From Ascidiella aspersa (lineage: Eukaryota): 64,000 nucleotides of DNA. The stretch lies in assembly GCA_963924565.1 (NCBI GenBank), contig OZ004611.1, forward strand, positions 29,512,001 to 29,576,000. The letters run 5' to 3'. Both the position numbers and the translations under genes were made by a program. The notes under the pieces were generated by a model. That model did not search any database and was not told the DNA's origin. It was given only the letters and a program-made list of their open reading frames with translations. Shown one piece after another: positions 13,997-25,455 of the stretch (position 1 is its first letter; each line of letters starts with the position of its first letter).

Positions 13997-14160
13997 ACTG
14001 CCGAAGCAAGTACAATCGTTTACCAACTTTTTTCCTTATCAACGACCTCGTCGAAAAACGCCGACTCTTTGCGGAGAAGACCCGAATCGCCCAGCCAATT
14101 GATTTAGATGTGTCACGATGACGTCGGCAAAATTTCAATAACTCCTGGCCAGAAATCAAA

Positions 14161-14260
14161 NNNNNNNNNNNNNNNNNNNNNNNNNNNNNNNNNNNNNNNN
14201 NNNNNNNNNNNNNNNNNNNNNNNNNNNNNNNNNNNNNNNNNNNNNNNNNNNNNNNNNNNN
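14161..14260. other. Assembly gap (100 N, true size unknown)
   Basis: Run of exactly 100 n. Confidence 1.
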
Positions 14261-14468
14261 GGAAAGTTTTAGTTTTTTCCCCTTTCTGTAACTCTTTGGC
14301 CTATTCAGTTGTTACTGTAAATTTAACCTGTCCATCTTACGCAGTTGTCTAGTTAAACGATAGGCTTTCCTTTAAAACACGATGCTGTGGATAAAACCTG
14401 AACTTGGAGTAAATATTTTATGTCGTCATTTCACTTTGCGTAAATTAACCTTCTTTGAACATCTGCAG

Positions 14469-14605
14469 TTTGATCCACGGCTTCCTGAGCAAGGCCGACT
14501 GCCAGCGCATGTTGCGCGTGTGTGCCCCCGGCACGTTCATGTTTCGATTCAGCGACACTGTACTCGGAGCGCTGTCCATCTCCTGCTATACGGTTTGCCA
14601 GGACA
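14469..14605 (+). CDS. STAT: STAT-family transcription factor, internal exon (first half of SH2 domain)
   Basis: ctgcag acceptor at 14468 and gtaagt donor at 14606; hand translation LIHGFLSKADCQRMLRVCAPGTFMFRFSDTVLGALSISCYTVCQD matches the STAT SH2 pattern GFxxK...PGTFLLRFSDS..G.I. The ORF track shows a different frame here. Confidence 0.9.
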
Positions 14606-15214
14606 GTAAGTAACCTTTGCCCTAATTTGTATTATTGACATAGAACCCCACTAACGTTTGTGTAAAAATACCAAAAATGCTGTGTACTTTTTCCCATTTA
14701 CTGAACTTATTTTATCTGTTCTTTGCGATATAAAATCTTGCTTGGGCTGAGCGAAAAATAATTTTAATTAAACTTAACTGGAGCTTTTTATACGAACCTT
14801 AAAAAGCAATAATGAAAATGTCCACCTAGAACGAACCCTTTTGTTGAATACCCTTTGGTTAGTGTTTCCCAATCTGTTGGTCGGGAACCAAAATTGGGTT
14901 GCTGTTTGATTTGGTTGGGTCGACAACTGAAGTAGTTTTATATGCTCAGATTTGTAGGGATCAGTCAACAGCCATATTTCCTCAAAATTTGAAAAAATGC
15001 AGGTGAAACACGAAGACACGGCTCAAATAAATTAAATTCGAAATTATTTATGGTATTTGTGTGGTCTGTTTTGCTCACCTATGAAAATTTCAGTGCATAG
15101 AATGGGGTCGCCAAAGCTTTGCTGCTACATTTACGGTTAGCATTCAGGTCGCCGCGAAAAATGGTTGAAAGCCACTTATTTAGTTGGCTAAGTCTCATTG
15201 ATCGACTTTTTTAG

Positions 15215-15423
15215 GTTTCGAAGTGGGACACCTGCAGCCGGACACCATACGGAAATTCCAGCAGCGCAGTCTTCCCGACATGGTCAAGGACATTCAATAC
15301 CTTTACTTCCTTTATCCCAACACGCCAAAGGACCACGCTTTCGGTACCTACTACACGCCAGAACCCAGTAAGACTCAGGGCAATTCATATATGCGTATGG
15401 TTGTGGGTGAAATCTGTAAATGA
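15215..15423 (+). CDS. STAT: STAT-family transcription factor, following (probably last) exon: end of SH2 and tyrosine tail
   Basis: ttttttag acceptor; phase-1 join with the previous exon is in frame; FEVGHLQPDTIRKFQQRSLPDMVKDIQYLYFLYPNTPKDHAFGTYYTPEP matches the STAT5/6-type RSL.D...D...L.YP..PKD.AF..YY.P pattern; TGA at 15421, AATAAA at 15505. Confidence 0.88.
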
Positions 15424-15737
15424 TCGGATCCAATCTGATACTCAAGTGATCATCAGTGCGCCAATATTTGTTAGTTACACATTACGGGTTTATATTTCAA
15501 CTCAAATAAATTTGAAACTAAAACTGTTTATAGACCTAAATAGGCGAACTCCTATACTTCGACAATGCTTAATGGTCAAGTAAACTTTGACTTGAGTCTA
15601 TAAAATGCCGACACAACCAAAATCACTTTTGAAGTACTACAATTCATAATGCTAAAAAATTATATTAGTGTAAACTTACCGATGACGGCATGAGTTTTAA
15701 CGCCGATACCAATTGTCTGCAGAAAACTCTTTTGGGT

Positions 15738-16809
15738 AGACCCGAATCGCCCAGCCAATTGATTTAGATGTGTCACGATGACGTCGGCAAAATTTCAATA
15801 ACTCCTGGCCAGAAATCAAAGGCCAGCTAAAACGAGAGTCCGACTGCCAAATTCTCTTTTCAATTCTTTTCCAATTGTAATTCGTCGTGTCGTTTTGTCG
15901 AAAATCGCTTCCAAATGCACTCTTTTCGAGAGACGGCAAAATACGTTTTCGCTTGCCAAATCTTTCCACGGCCAACCAGCAAGTCTTGGGTAAGGCTGAG
16001 AGTTGTACTTCTTCCTGACTGACCCCAAACTTTATCGCTTCTCGGCTCTTTAGAGCTAAGATCAAGTGTAGTATCTGTTCTTCTCAGTTTAATACCTGGG
16101 ACGCAAGCGATTCGCTTGCTCTTTGTATTAACCTGATTTTTGGACAGGGAGCACGGTGCCGAAGCTTGCTTCGCCCTGCTCACGGGTTGTCCTGGTATTG
16201 CAGTACCTCCAGGCACGGCCCACATTCCCACACTGTGGGAATTCCTCTTCATCCAATTGAAAATTTGCTTCTTGTTTTGAAAAAAAGAAGCAAAACATAA
16301 ATCGATTTTTCGAGCGAAAATTGAAAAGAAAAATGGTGACCGATCGGCCAAAAATGACAAATTTTGTTCCTACAAGTTGATGCGGGGGGCTTATGGGGTA
16401 GCTATCCACAAAGAGTACGGGCGAGTAGTCGAGTAGGGCCTCGGGAAAAATCGTCACAACTCATACTTACCTGACGGGGGTCTTTAACCGTGATCACGTA
16501 GGCGGTTGGCCCAAGGCGAGGCCTTGCCATTGCACTTCGGCTTGGCTGACCCTTGCGATTACCCCAAATGCGGGTAACTCGGCCGTATAATTTCTGTTAG
16601 CGGGGTGTGCGTTCGCGCAAAACCCCATACAAACCTTAATCAGTTCTGAAAAAGCTTGGAAACGGCAAGAGCCGGTCGTAGCTGCAAAACGCTGAAAGAG
16701 CAGGAGGAAATTTTCGGGGGGCGTCTTCCGAGTAGCGTCGGCAGAATCGAGTAAAATGTCAAAATAAGGAACGCTTCACGATTTTGCGTGTCATCCTTGC
16801 GCAGGGGCC

Positions 16810-16849
<40 letters not shown>

Positions 16850-18002
16850 ACTGCCGAAGCAAGTACAATCGTTTACCAACTTTTTTCCTTATCAACGACC
16901 TCGTCGAAAAACGCCGACTCTTTGCGGAGAAGACCCGAATCGCCCAGCCAATTGATTTAGATGTGTCACGATGACGTCGGCAAAATTTCAATAACTCCTG
17001 GCCAGAAATCAAAGGCCAGCTAAAACGAGAGTCCGACTGCCAAATTCTCTTTTCAATTCTTTTCCAATTGTAATTCGTCGTGTCGTTTTGTCGAAAATCG
17101 CTTCCAAATGCACTCTTTTCGAGAGACGGCAAAATACGTTTTCGCTTGCCAAATCTTTCCACGGCCAACCAGCAAGTCTTGGGTAAGGCTGAGAGTTGTA
17201 CTTCTTCCTGACTGACCCCAAACTTTATCGCTTCTCGGCTCTTTAGAGCTAAGATCAAGTGTAGTATCTGTTCTTCTCAGTTTAATACCTGGGACGCAAG
17301 CGATTCGCTTGCTCTTTGTATTAACCTGATTTTTGGACAGGGAGCACGGTGCCGAAGCTTGCTTCGCCCTGCTCACGGGTTGTCCTGGTATTGCAGTACC
17401 TCCAGGCACGGCCCACATTCCCACACTGTGGGAATTCCTCTTCATCCAATTGAAAATTTGCTTCTTGTTTTGAAAAAAAGAAGCAAAACATAAATCGATT
17501 TTTCGAGCGAAAATTGAAAAGAAAAATGGTGACCGATCGGCCAAAAATGACAAATTTTGTTCCTACAAGTTGATGCGGGGGGCTTATGGGGTAGCTATCC
17601 ACAAAGAGTACGGGCGAGTAGTCGAGTAGGGCCTCGGGAAAAATCGTCACAACTCATACTTACCTGACGGGGGTCTTTAACCGTGATCACGTAGGCGGTT
17701 GGCCCAAGGCGAGGCCTTGCCATTGCACTTCGGCTTGGCTGACCCTTGCGATTACCCCAAATGCGGGTAACTCGGCCGTATAATTTCTGTTAGCGGGGTG
17801 TGCGTTCGCGCAAAACCCCATACAAACCTTAATCAGTTCTGAAAAAGCTTGGAAACGGCAAGAGCCGGTCGTAGCTGCAAAACGCTGAAAGAGCAGGAGG
17901 AAATTTTCGGGGGGCGTCTTCCGAGTAGCGTCGGCAGAATCGAGTAAAATGTCAAAATAAGGAACGCTTCACGATTTTGCGTGTCATCCTTGCGCAGGGG
18001 CC

Positions 18003-18042
<40 letters not shown>

Positions 18043-19195
18043 ACTGCCGAAGCAAGTACAATCGTTTACCAACTTTTTTCCTTATCAACGACCTCGTCGA
18101 AAAACGCCGACTCTTTGCGGAGAAGACCCGAATCGCCCAGCCAATTGATTTAGATGTGTCACGATGACGTCGGCAAAATTTCAATAACTCCTGGCCAGAA
18201 ATCAAAGGCCAGCTAAAACGAGAGTCCGACTGCCAAATTCTCTTTTCAATTCTTTTCCAATTGTAATTCGTCGTGTCGTTTTGTCGAAAATCGCTTCCAA
18301 ATGCACTCTTTTCGAGAGACGGCAAAATACGTTTTCGCTTGCCAAATCTTTCCACGGCCAACCAGCAAGTCTTGGGTAAGGCTGAGAGTTGTACTTCTTC
18401 CTGACTGACCCCAAACTTTATCGCTTCTCGGCTCTTTAGAGCTAAGATCAAGTGTAGTATCTGTTCTTCTCAGTTTAATACCTGGGACGCAAGCGATTCG
18501 CTTGCTCTTTGTATTAACCTGATTTTTGGACAGGGAGCACGGTGCCGAAGCTTGCTTCGCCCTGCTCACGGGTTGTCCTGGTATTGCAGTACCTCCAGGC
18601 ACGGCCCACATTCCCACACTGTGGGAATTCCTCTTCATCCAATTGAAAATTTGCTTCTTGTTTTGAAAAAAAGAAGCAAAACATAAATCGATTTTTCGAG
18701 CGAAAATTGAAAAGAAAAATGGTGACCGATCGGCCAAAAATGACAAATTTTGTTCCTACAAGTTGATGCGGGGGGCTTATGGGGTAGCTATCCACAAAGA
18801 GTACGGGCGAGTAGTCGAGTAGGGCCTCGGGAAAAATCGTCACAACTCATACTTACCTGACGGGGGTCTTTAACCGTGATCACGTAGGCGGTTGGCCCAA
18901 GGCGAGGCCTTGCCATTGCACTTCGGCTTGGCTGACCCTTGCGATTACCCCAAATGCGGGTAACTCGGCCGTATAATTTCTGTTAGCGGGGTGTGCGTTC
19001 GCGCAAAACCCCATACAAACCTTAATCAGTTCTGAAAAAGCTTGGAAACGGCAAGAGCCGGTCGTAGCTGCAAAACGCTGAAAGAGCAGGAGGAAATTTT
19101 CGGGGGGCGTCTTCCGAGTAGCGTCGGCAGAATCGAGTAAAATGTCAAAATAAGGAACGCTTCACGATTTTGCGTGTCATCCTTGCGCAGGGGCC

Positions 19196-19235
<40 letters not shown>

Positions 19236-20388
19236 ACTGCCGAAGCAAGTACAATCGTTTACCAACTTTTTTCCTTATCAACGACCTCGTCGAAAAACGC
19301 CGACTCTTTGCGGAGAAGACCCGAATCGCCCAGCCAATTGATTTAGATGTGTCACGATGACGTCGGCAAAATTTCAATAACTCCTGGCCAGAAATCAAAG
19401 GCCAGCTAAAACGAGAGTCCGACTGCCAAATTCTCTTTTCAATTCTTTTCCAATTGTAATTCGTCGTGTCGTTTTGTCGAAAATCGCTTCCAAATGCACT
19501 CTTTTCGAGAGACGGCAAAATACGTTTTCGCTTGCCAAATCTTTCCACGGCCAACCAGCAAGTCTTGGGTAAGGCTGAGAGTTGTACTTCTTCCTGACTG
19601 ACCCCAAACTTTATCGCTTCTCGGCTCTTTAGAGCTAAGATCAAGTGTAGTATCTGTTCTTCTCAGTTTAATACCTGGGACGCAAGCGATTCGCTTGCTC
19701 TTTGTATTAACCTGATTTTTGGACAGGGAGCACGGTGCCGAAGCTTGCTTCGCCCTGCTCACGGGTTGTCCTGGTATTGCAGTACCTCCAGGCACGGCCC
19801 ACATTCCCACACTGTGGGAATTCCTCTTCATCCAATTGAAAATTTGCTTCTTGTTTTGAAAAAAAGAAGCAAAACATAAATCGATTTTTCGAGCGAAAAT
19901 TGAAAAGAAAAATGGTGACCGATCGGCCAAAAATGACAAATTTTGTTCCTACAAGTTGATGCGGGGGGCTTATGGGGTAGCTATCCACAAAGAGTACGGG
20001 CGAGTAGTCGAGTAGGGCCTCGGGAAAAATCGTCACAACTCATACTTACCTGACGGGGGTCTTTAACCGTGATCACGTAGGCGGTTGGCCCAAGGCGAGG
20101 CCTTGCCATTGCACTTCGGCTTGGCTGACCCTTGCGATTACCCCAAATGCGGGTAACTCGGCCGTATAATTTCTGTTAGCGGGGTGTGCGTTCGCGCAAA
20201 ACCCCATACAAACCTTAATCAGTTCTGAAAAAGCTTGGAAACGGCAAGAGCCGGTCGTAGCTGCAAAACGCTGAAAGAGCAGGAGGAAATTTTCGGGGGG
20301 CGTCTTCCGAGTAGCGTCGGCAGAATCGAGTAAAATGTCAAAATAAGGAACGCTTCACGATTTTGCGTGTCATCCTTGCGCAGGGGCC

Positions 20389-20428
<40 letters not shown>

Positions 20429-21581
20429 ACTGCCGAAGCAAGTACAATCGTTTACCAACTTTTTTCCTTATCAACGACCTCGTCGAAAAACGCCGACTCT
20501 TTGCGGAGAAGACCCGAATCGCCCAGCCAATTGATTTAGATGTGTCACGATGACGTCGGCAAAATTTCAATAACTCCTGGCCAGAAATCAAAGGCCAGCT
20601 AAAACGAGAGTCCGACTGCCAAATTCTCTTTTCAATTCTTTTCCAATTGTAATTCGTCGTGTCGTTTTGTCGAAAATCGCTTCCAAATGCACTCTTTTCG
20701 AGAGACGGCAAAATACGTTTTCGCTTGCCAAATCTTTCCACGGCCAACCAGCAAGTCTTGGGTAAGGCTGAGAGTTGTACTTCTTCCTGACTGACCCCAA
20801 ACTTTATCGCTTCTCGGCTCTTTAGAGCTAAGATCAAGTGTAGTATCTGTTCTTCTCAGTTTAATACCTGGGACGCAAGCGATTCGCTTGCTCTTTGTAT
20901 TAACCTGATTTTTGGACAGGGAGCACGGTGCCGAAGCTTGCTTCGCCCTGCTCACGGGTTGTCCTGGTATTGCAGTACCTCCAGGCACGGCCCACATTCC
21001 CACACTGTGGGAATTCCTCTTCATCCAATTGAAAATTTGCTTCTTGTTTTGAAAAAAAGAAGCAAAACATAAATCGATTTTTCGAGCGAAAATTGAAAAG
21101 AAAAATGGTGACCGATCGGCCAAAAATGACAAATTTTGTTCCTACAAGTTGATGCGGGGGGCTTATGGGGTAGCTATCCACAAAGAGTACGGGCGAGTAG
21201 TCGAGTAGGGCCTCGGGAAAAATCGTCACAACTCATACTTACCTGACGGGGGTCTTTAACCGTGATCACGTAGGCGGTTGGCCCAAGGCGAGGCCTTGCC
21301 ATTGCACTTCGGCTTGGCTGACCCTTGCGATTACCCCAAATGCGGGTAACTCGGCCGTATAATTTCTGTTAGCGGGGTGTGCGTTCGCGCAAAACCCCAT
21401 ACAAACCTTAATCAGTTCTGAAAAAGCTTGGAAACGGCAAGAGCCGGTCGTAGCTGCAAAACGCTGAAAGAGCAGGAGGAAATTTTCGGGGGGCGTCTTC
21501 CGAGTAGCGTCGGCAGAATCGAGTAAAATGTCAAAATAAGGAACGCTTCACGATTTTGCGTGTCATCCTTGCGCAGGGGCC

Positions 21582-21621
<40 letters not shown>

Positions 21622-22774
21622 ACTGCCGAAGCAAGTACAATCGTTTACCAACTTTTTTCCTTATCAACGACCTCGTCGAAAAACGCCGACTCTTTGCGGA
21701 GAAGACCCGAATCGCCCAGCCAATTGATTTAGATGTGTCACGATGACGTCGGCAAAATTTCAATAACTCCTGGCCAGAAATCAAAGGCCAGCTAAAACGA
21801 GAGTCCGACTGCCAAATTCTCTTTTCAATTCTTTTCCAATTGTAATTCGTCGTGTCGTTTTGTCGAAAATCGCTTCCAAATGCACTCTTTTCGAGAGACG
21901 GCAAAATACGTTTTCGCTTGCCAAATCTTTCCACGGCCAACCAGCAAGTCTTGGGTAAGGCTGAGAGTTGTACTTCTTCCTGACTGACCCCAAACTTTAT
22001 CGCTTCTCGGCTCTTTAGAGCTAAGATCAAGTGTAGTATCTGTTCTTCTCAGTTTAATACCTGGGACGCAAGCGATTCGCTTGCTCTTTGTATTAACCTG
22101 ATTTTTGGACAGGGAGCACGGTGCCGAAGCTTGCTTCGCCCTGCTCACGGGTTGTCCTGGTATTGCAGTACCTCCAGGCACGGCCCACATTCCCACACTG
22201 TGGGAATTCCTCTTCATCCAATTGAAAATTTGCTTCTTGTTTTGAAAAAAAGAAGCAAAACATAAATCGATTTTTCGAGCGAAAATTGAAAAGAAAAATG
22301 GTGACCGATCGGCCAAAAATGACAAATTTTGTTCCTACAAGTTGATGCGGGGGGCTTATGGGGTAGCTATCCACAAAGAGTACGGGCGAGTAGTCGAGTA
22401 GGGCCTCGGGAAAAATCGTCACAACTCATACTTACCTGACGGGGGTCTTTAACCGTGATCACGTAGGCGGTTGGCCCAAGGCGAGGCCTTGCCATTGCAC
22501 TTCGGCTTGGCTGACCCTTGCGATTACCCCAAATGCGGGTAACTCGGCCGTATAATTTCTGTTAGCGGGGTGTGCGTTCGCGCAAAACCCCATACAAACC
22601 TTAATCAGTTCTGAAAAAGCTTGGAAACGGCAAGAGCCGGTCGTAGCTGCAAAACGCTGAAAGAGCAGGAGGAAATTTTCGGGGGGCGTCTTCCGAGTAG
22701 CGTCGGCAGAATCGAGTAAAATGTCAAAATAAGGAACGCTTCACGATTTTGCGTGTCATCCTTGCGCAGGGGCC

Positions 22775-22814
<40 letters not shown>

Positions 22815-23967
22815 ACTGCCGAAGCAAGTACAATCGTTTACCAACTTTTTTCCTTATCAACGACCTCGTCGAAAAACGCCGACTCTTTGCGGAGAAGACC
22901 CGAATCGCCCAGCCAATTGATTTAGATGTGTCACGATGACGTCGGCAAAATTTCAATAACTCCTGGCCAGAAATCAAAGGCCAGCTAAAACGAGAGTCCG
23001 ACTGCCAAATTCTCTTTTCAATTCTTTTCCAATTGTAATTCGTCGTGTCGTTTTGTCGAAAATCGCTTCCAAATGCACTCTTTTCGAGAGACGGCAAAAT
23101 ACGTTTTCGCTTGCCAAATCTTTCCACGGCCAACCAGCAAGTCTTGGGTAAGGCTGAGAGTTGTACTTCTTCCTGACTGACCCCAAACTTTATCGCTTCT
23201 CGGCTCTTTAGAGCTAAGATCAAGTGTAGTATCTGTTCTTCTCAGTTTAATACCTGGGACGCAAGCGATTCGCTTGCTCTTTGTATTAACCTGATTTTTG
23301 GACAGGGAGCACGGTGCCGAAGCTTGCTTCGCCCTGCTCACGGGTTGTCCTGGTATTGCAGTACCTCCAGGCACGGCCCACATTCCCACACTGTGGGAAT
23401 TCCTCTTCATCCAATTGAAAATTTGCTTCTTGTTTTGAAAAAAAGAAGCAAAACATAAATCGATTTTTCGAGCGAAAATTGAAAAGAAAAATGGTGACCG
23501 ATCGGCCAAAAATGACAAATTTTGTTCCTACAAGTTGATGCGGGGGGCTTATGGGGTAGCTATCCACAAAGAGTACGGGCGAGTAGTCGAGTAGGGCCTC
23601 GGGAAAAATCGTCACAACTCATACTTACCTGACGGGGGTCTTTAACCGTGATCACGTAGGCGGTTGGCCCAAGGCGAGGCCTTGCCATTGCACTTCGGCT
23701 TGGCTGACCCTTGCGATTACCCCAAATGCGGGTAACTCGGCCGTATAATTTCTGTTAGCGGGGTGTGCGTTCGCGCAAAACCCCATACAAACCTTAATCA
23801 GTTCTGAAAAAGCTTGGAAACGGCAAGAGCCGGTCGTAGCTGCAAAACGCTGAAAGAGCAGGAGGAAATTTTCGGGGGGCGTCTTCCGAGTAGCGTCGGC
23901 AGAATCGAGTAAAATGTCAAAATAAGGAACGCTTCACGATTTTGCGTGTCATCCTTGCGCAGGGGCC

Positions 23968-24007
<40 letters not shown>

Positions 24008-24401
24008 ACTGCCGAAGCAAGTACAATCGTTTACCAACTTTTTTCCTTATCAACGACCTCGTCGAAAAACGCCGACTCTTTGCGGAGAAGACCCGAATCG
24101 CCCAGCCAATTGATTTAGATGTGTCACGATGACGTCGGCAAAATTTCAATAACTCCTGGCCAGAAATCAAAGGCCAGCTAAAACGAGAGTCCGACTGCCA
24201 AATTCTCTTTTCAATTCTTTTCCAATTGTAATTCGTCGTGTCGTTTTGTCGAAAATCGCTTCCAAATGCACTCTTTTCGAGAGACGGCAAAATACGTTTT
24301 CGCTTGCCAAATCTTTCCACGGCCAACCAGCAAGTCTTGGGTAAGGCTGAGAGTTGTACTTCTTCCTGACTGACCCCAAACTTTATCGCTTCTCGGCTCT
24401 T
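15738..24401. repeat. 1193-bp U2-U1-U6 array, block 2 (7 intact copies of each gene)
   Basis: Exact match to unit starts at unit position 955 (agacccgaatcg); U2 starts at 16034+1193k; ends in U2 nt 1-17 at 24385-24401. Confidence 0.98.
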
Positions 24402-24573
24402 CAGAGACCTAACATTGGTGGTATACGAGCCTCATCCACGAGTTAACTTTGCAACTTCAATCGGGAAGGCAAAGAGTGAGCCCCTTCAGCTGGCCAAGTT
24501 CCTCGTAAACAGATTATACTTGTTAGGCGAGTTCCCCCGGTTGTCGTGTGGTATCGTAGTCACGTTCCTCGAC

Positions 24574-24760
24574 TTGGAGCCCGACGACTCTCTTTTGAGA
24601 GCGTGAGGCACAGATACTGGTTTGGAGCCCGACGACTCTCTGTTGAGAGCGTGAGGCGTAGATACTGGTTGGAAGCCCGACGACTCTCTGTTGAGAGCGT
24701 GAGGCCTAGTTTTTACTGGTTGGGAGCTCGACGACTATCTGTTGATAGCGTGAGGCACAG
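24574..24760 (+). repeat. 4 x 48-51 bp hairpin repeat in element 5' UTR (copy 2: about 38626-38812)
   Basis: GCCCGACGACTCTCTKTTGAGAGCGTGAGGC-type core recurring at about 24579, 24627, 24675, 24726. Confidence 0.9.
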
Positions 24761-24872
24761 TTTTCGTCCCCCGGTTTTCAGCGGCTCCTACGCGGCCATC
24801 CGCGCGCTCCGCCCCGGGCCTCTTCAGCAGCGGAGCTCCCGGCATTTTTTTGCCGCAGCCCTCACCCGCACT

Positions 24873-25455
24873 CCACCGGAGGTCCCTGCAGTTGCCGGTG
24901 TGCCATCCGGTGTTTGCTGCCCAGCTCTTGGCCTCACCCCACCGGAGGTCCCTGCAACGTTGGCCAGCTCTTCGGCCCTCTACCTCCAGTGTTCGCCGAC
25001 CCCCACCGGAGGTCCCTGCAGTTGCCGGTGTGCCATCCTGTGGTTGCTGCCCAGCTCTTGGCCTCACCCCACCGGAGGTCCCTGCAACGTTGGCCAGCTC
25101 TTCGGCCCTCTACCTCCAGTGTTCGCCGACCCCCACCGGAGGTCCCTGCAGTTGCCGGTCTGCCCTCTAGTGTCCACTGGTCGGCTCTCCACTGTACCCC
25201 ACCGGAGGTCCCTACAACTTCGGCAACTTTGTGGTGCTCTACCACCAGCGTCCAGCTACCCCCACCGGAGGTCCCTGCAACCTTGGACAGCCCAGCGGTC
25301 CTCTAACACCTGCACTCCGCCTCCACCACCGGAGGTCCCTGCACCTGCCCGCTGCTCTTAAGCCTTCACAACCGGAGGCTGTCGCAGCCGCCGGTCTGCC
25401 GTTTGTGCACCAGTTCCCGACCTTCACAACCGGAGGCTCTCGCAGCCGCCGGTCT
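24873..25455 (+). repeat. About 65-bp GC-rich repeat (10 ACCGGAGG cores, alternating 66/64-bp dimer) in element 5' UTR (copy 2: about 38925-39510)
   Basis: ACCGGAGG at 24875, 24941, 25005, 25071, 25135, 25201, 25264, 25328, 25371, 25429. Confidence 0.9.

Larger units (their letters stand above)
1..14160. repeat. 1193-bp U2-U1-U6 snRNA tandem array, block 1 (12 copies of each gene; open at window start, ends at assembly gap)
   Basis: Sequence and ORF track recur with exact 1193-bp period; U2 starts at 58+1193k, U1 at 487+1193k, U6 at 785..890+1193k (k=0-11). Confidence 0.98.

Noticed and set aside
152-14026. Repeated 70-166 aa minus-strand ORFs in every unit
   Set aside because: They overlap U6 or run antisense to U2/U1 and the spacers, have no protein motifs, and recur only because the unit repeats
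14382-14609. 75-aa ORF from the track
   Set aside because: Wrong frame; the splice-site-bounded alternative frame encodes the STAT SH2 exon
24574-24760. Hammerhead ribozyme reading of the 48-bp repeats (CCGACGA + stem)
   Set aside because: Core would need CTGANGA and GAAA; the sequence has CCGACGA and CGTGA, so it is reported only as a hairpin array
24546-25361. 271-aa upstream ORF as a possible ORF1
   Set aside because: Non-ATG start, made of GC-rich tandem repeats whose 130-bp period shifts frame, no recognisable domain
24873-25455. CRISPR-like repeat-spacer appearance
   Set aside because: Eukaryotic retrotransposon UTR, spacers duplicate one another, no cas genes
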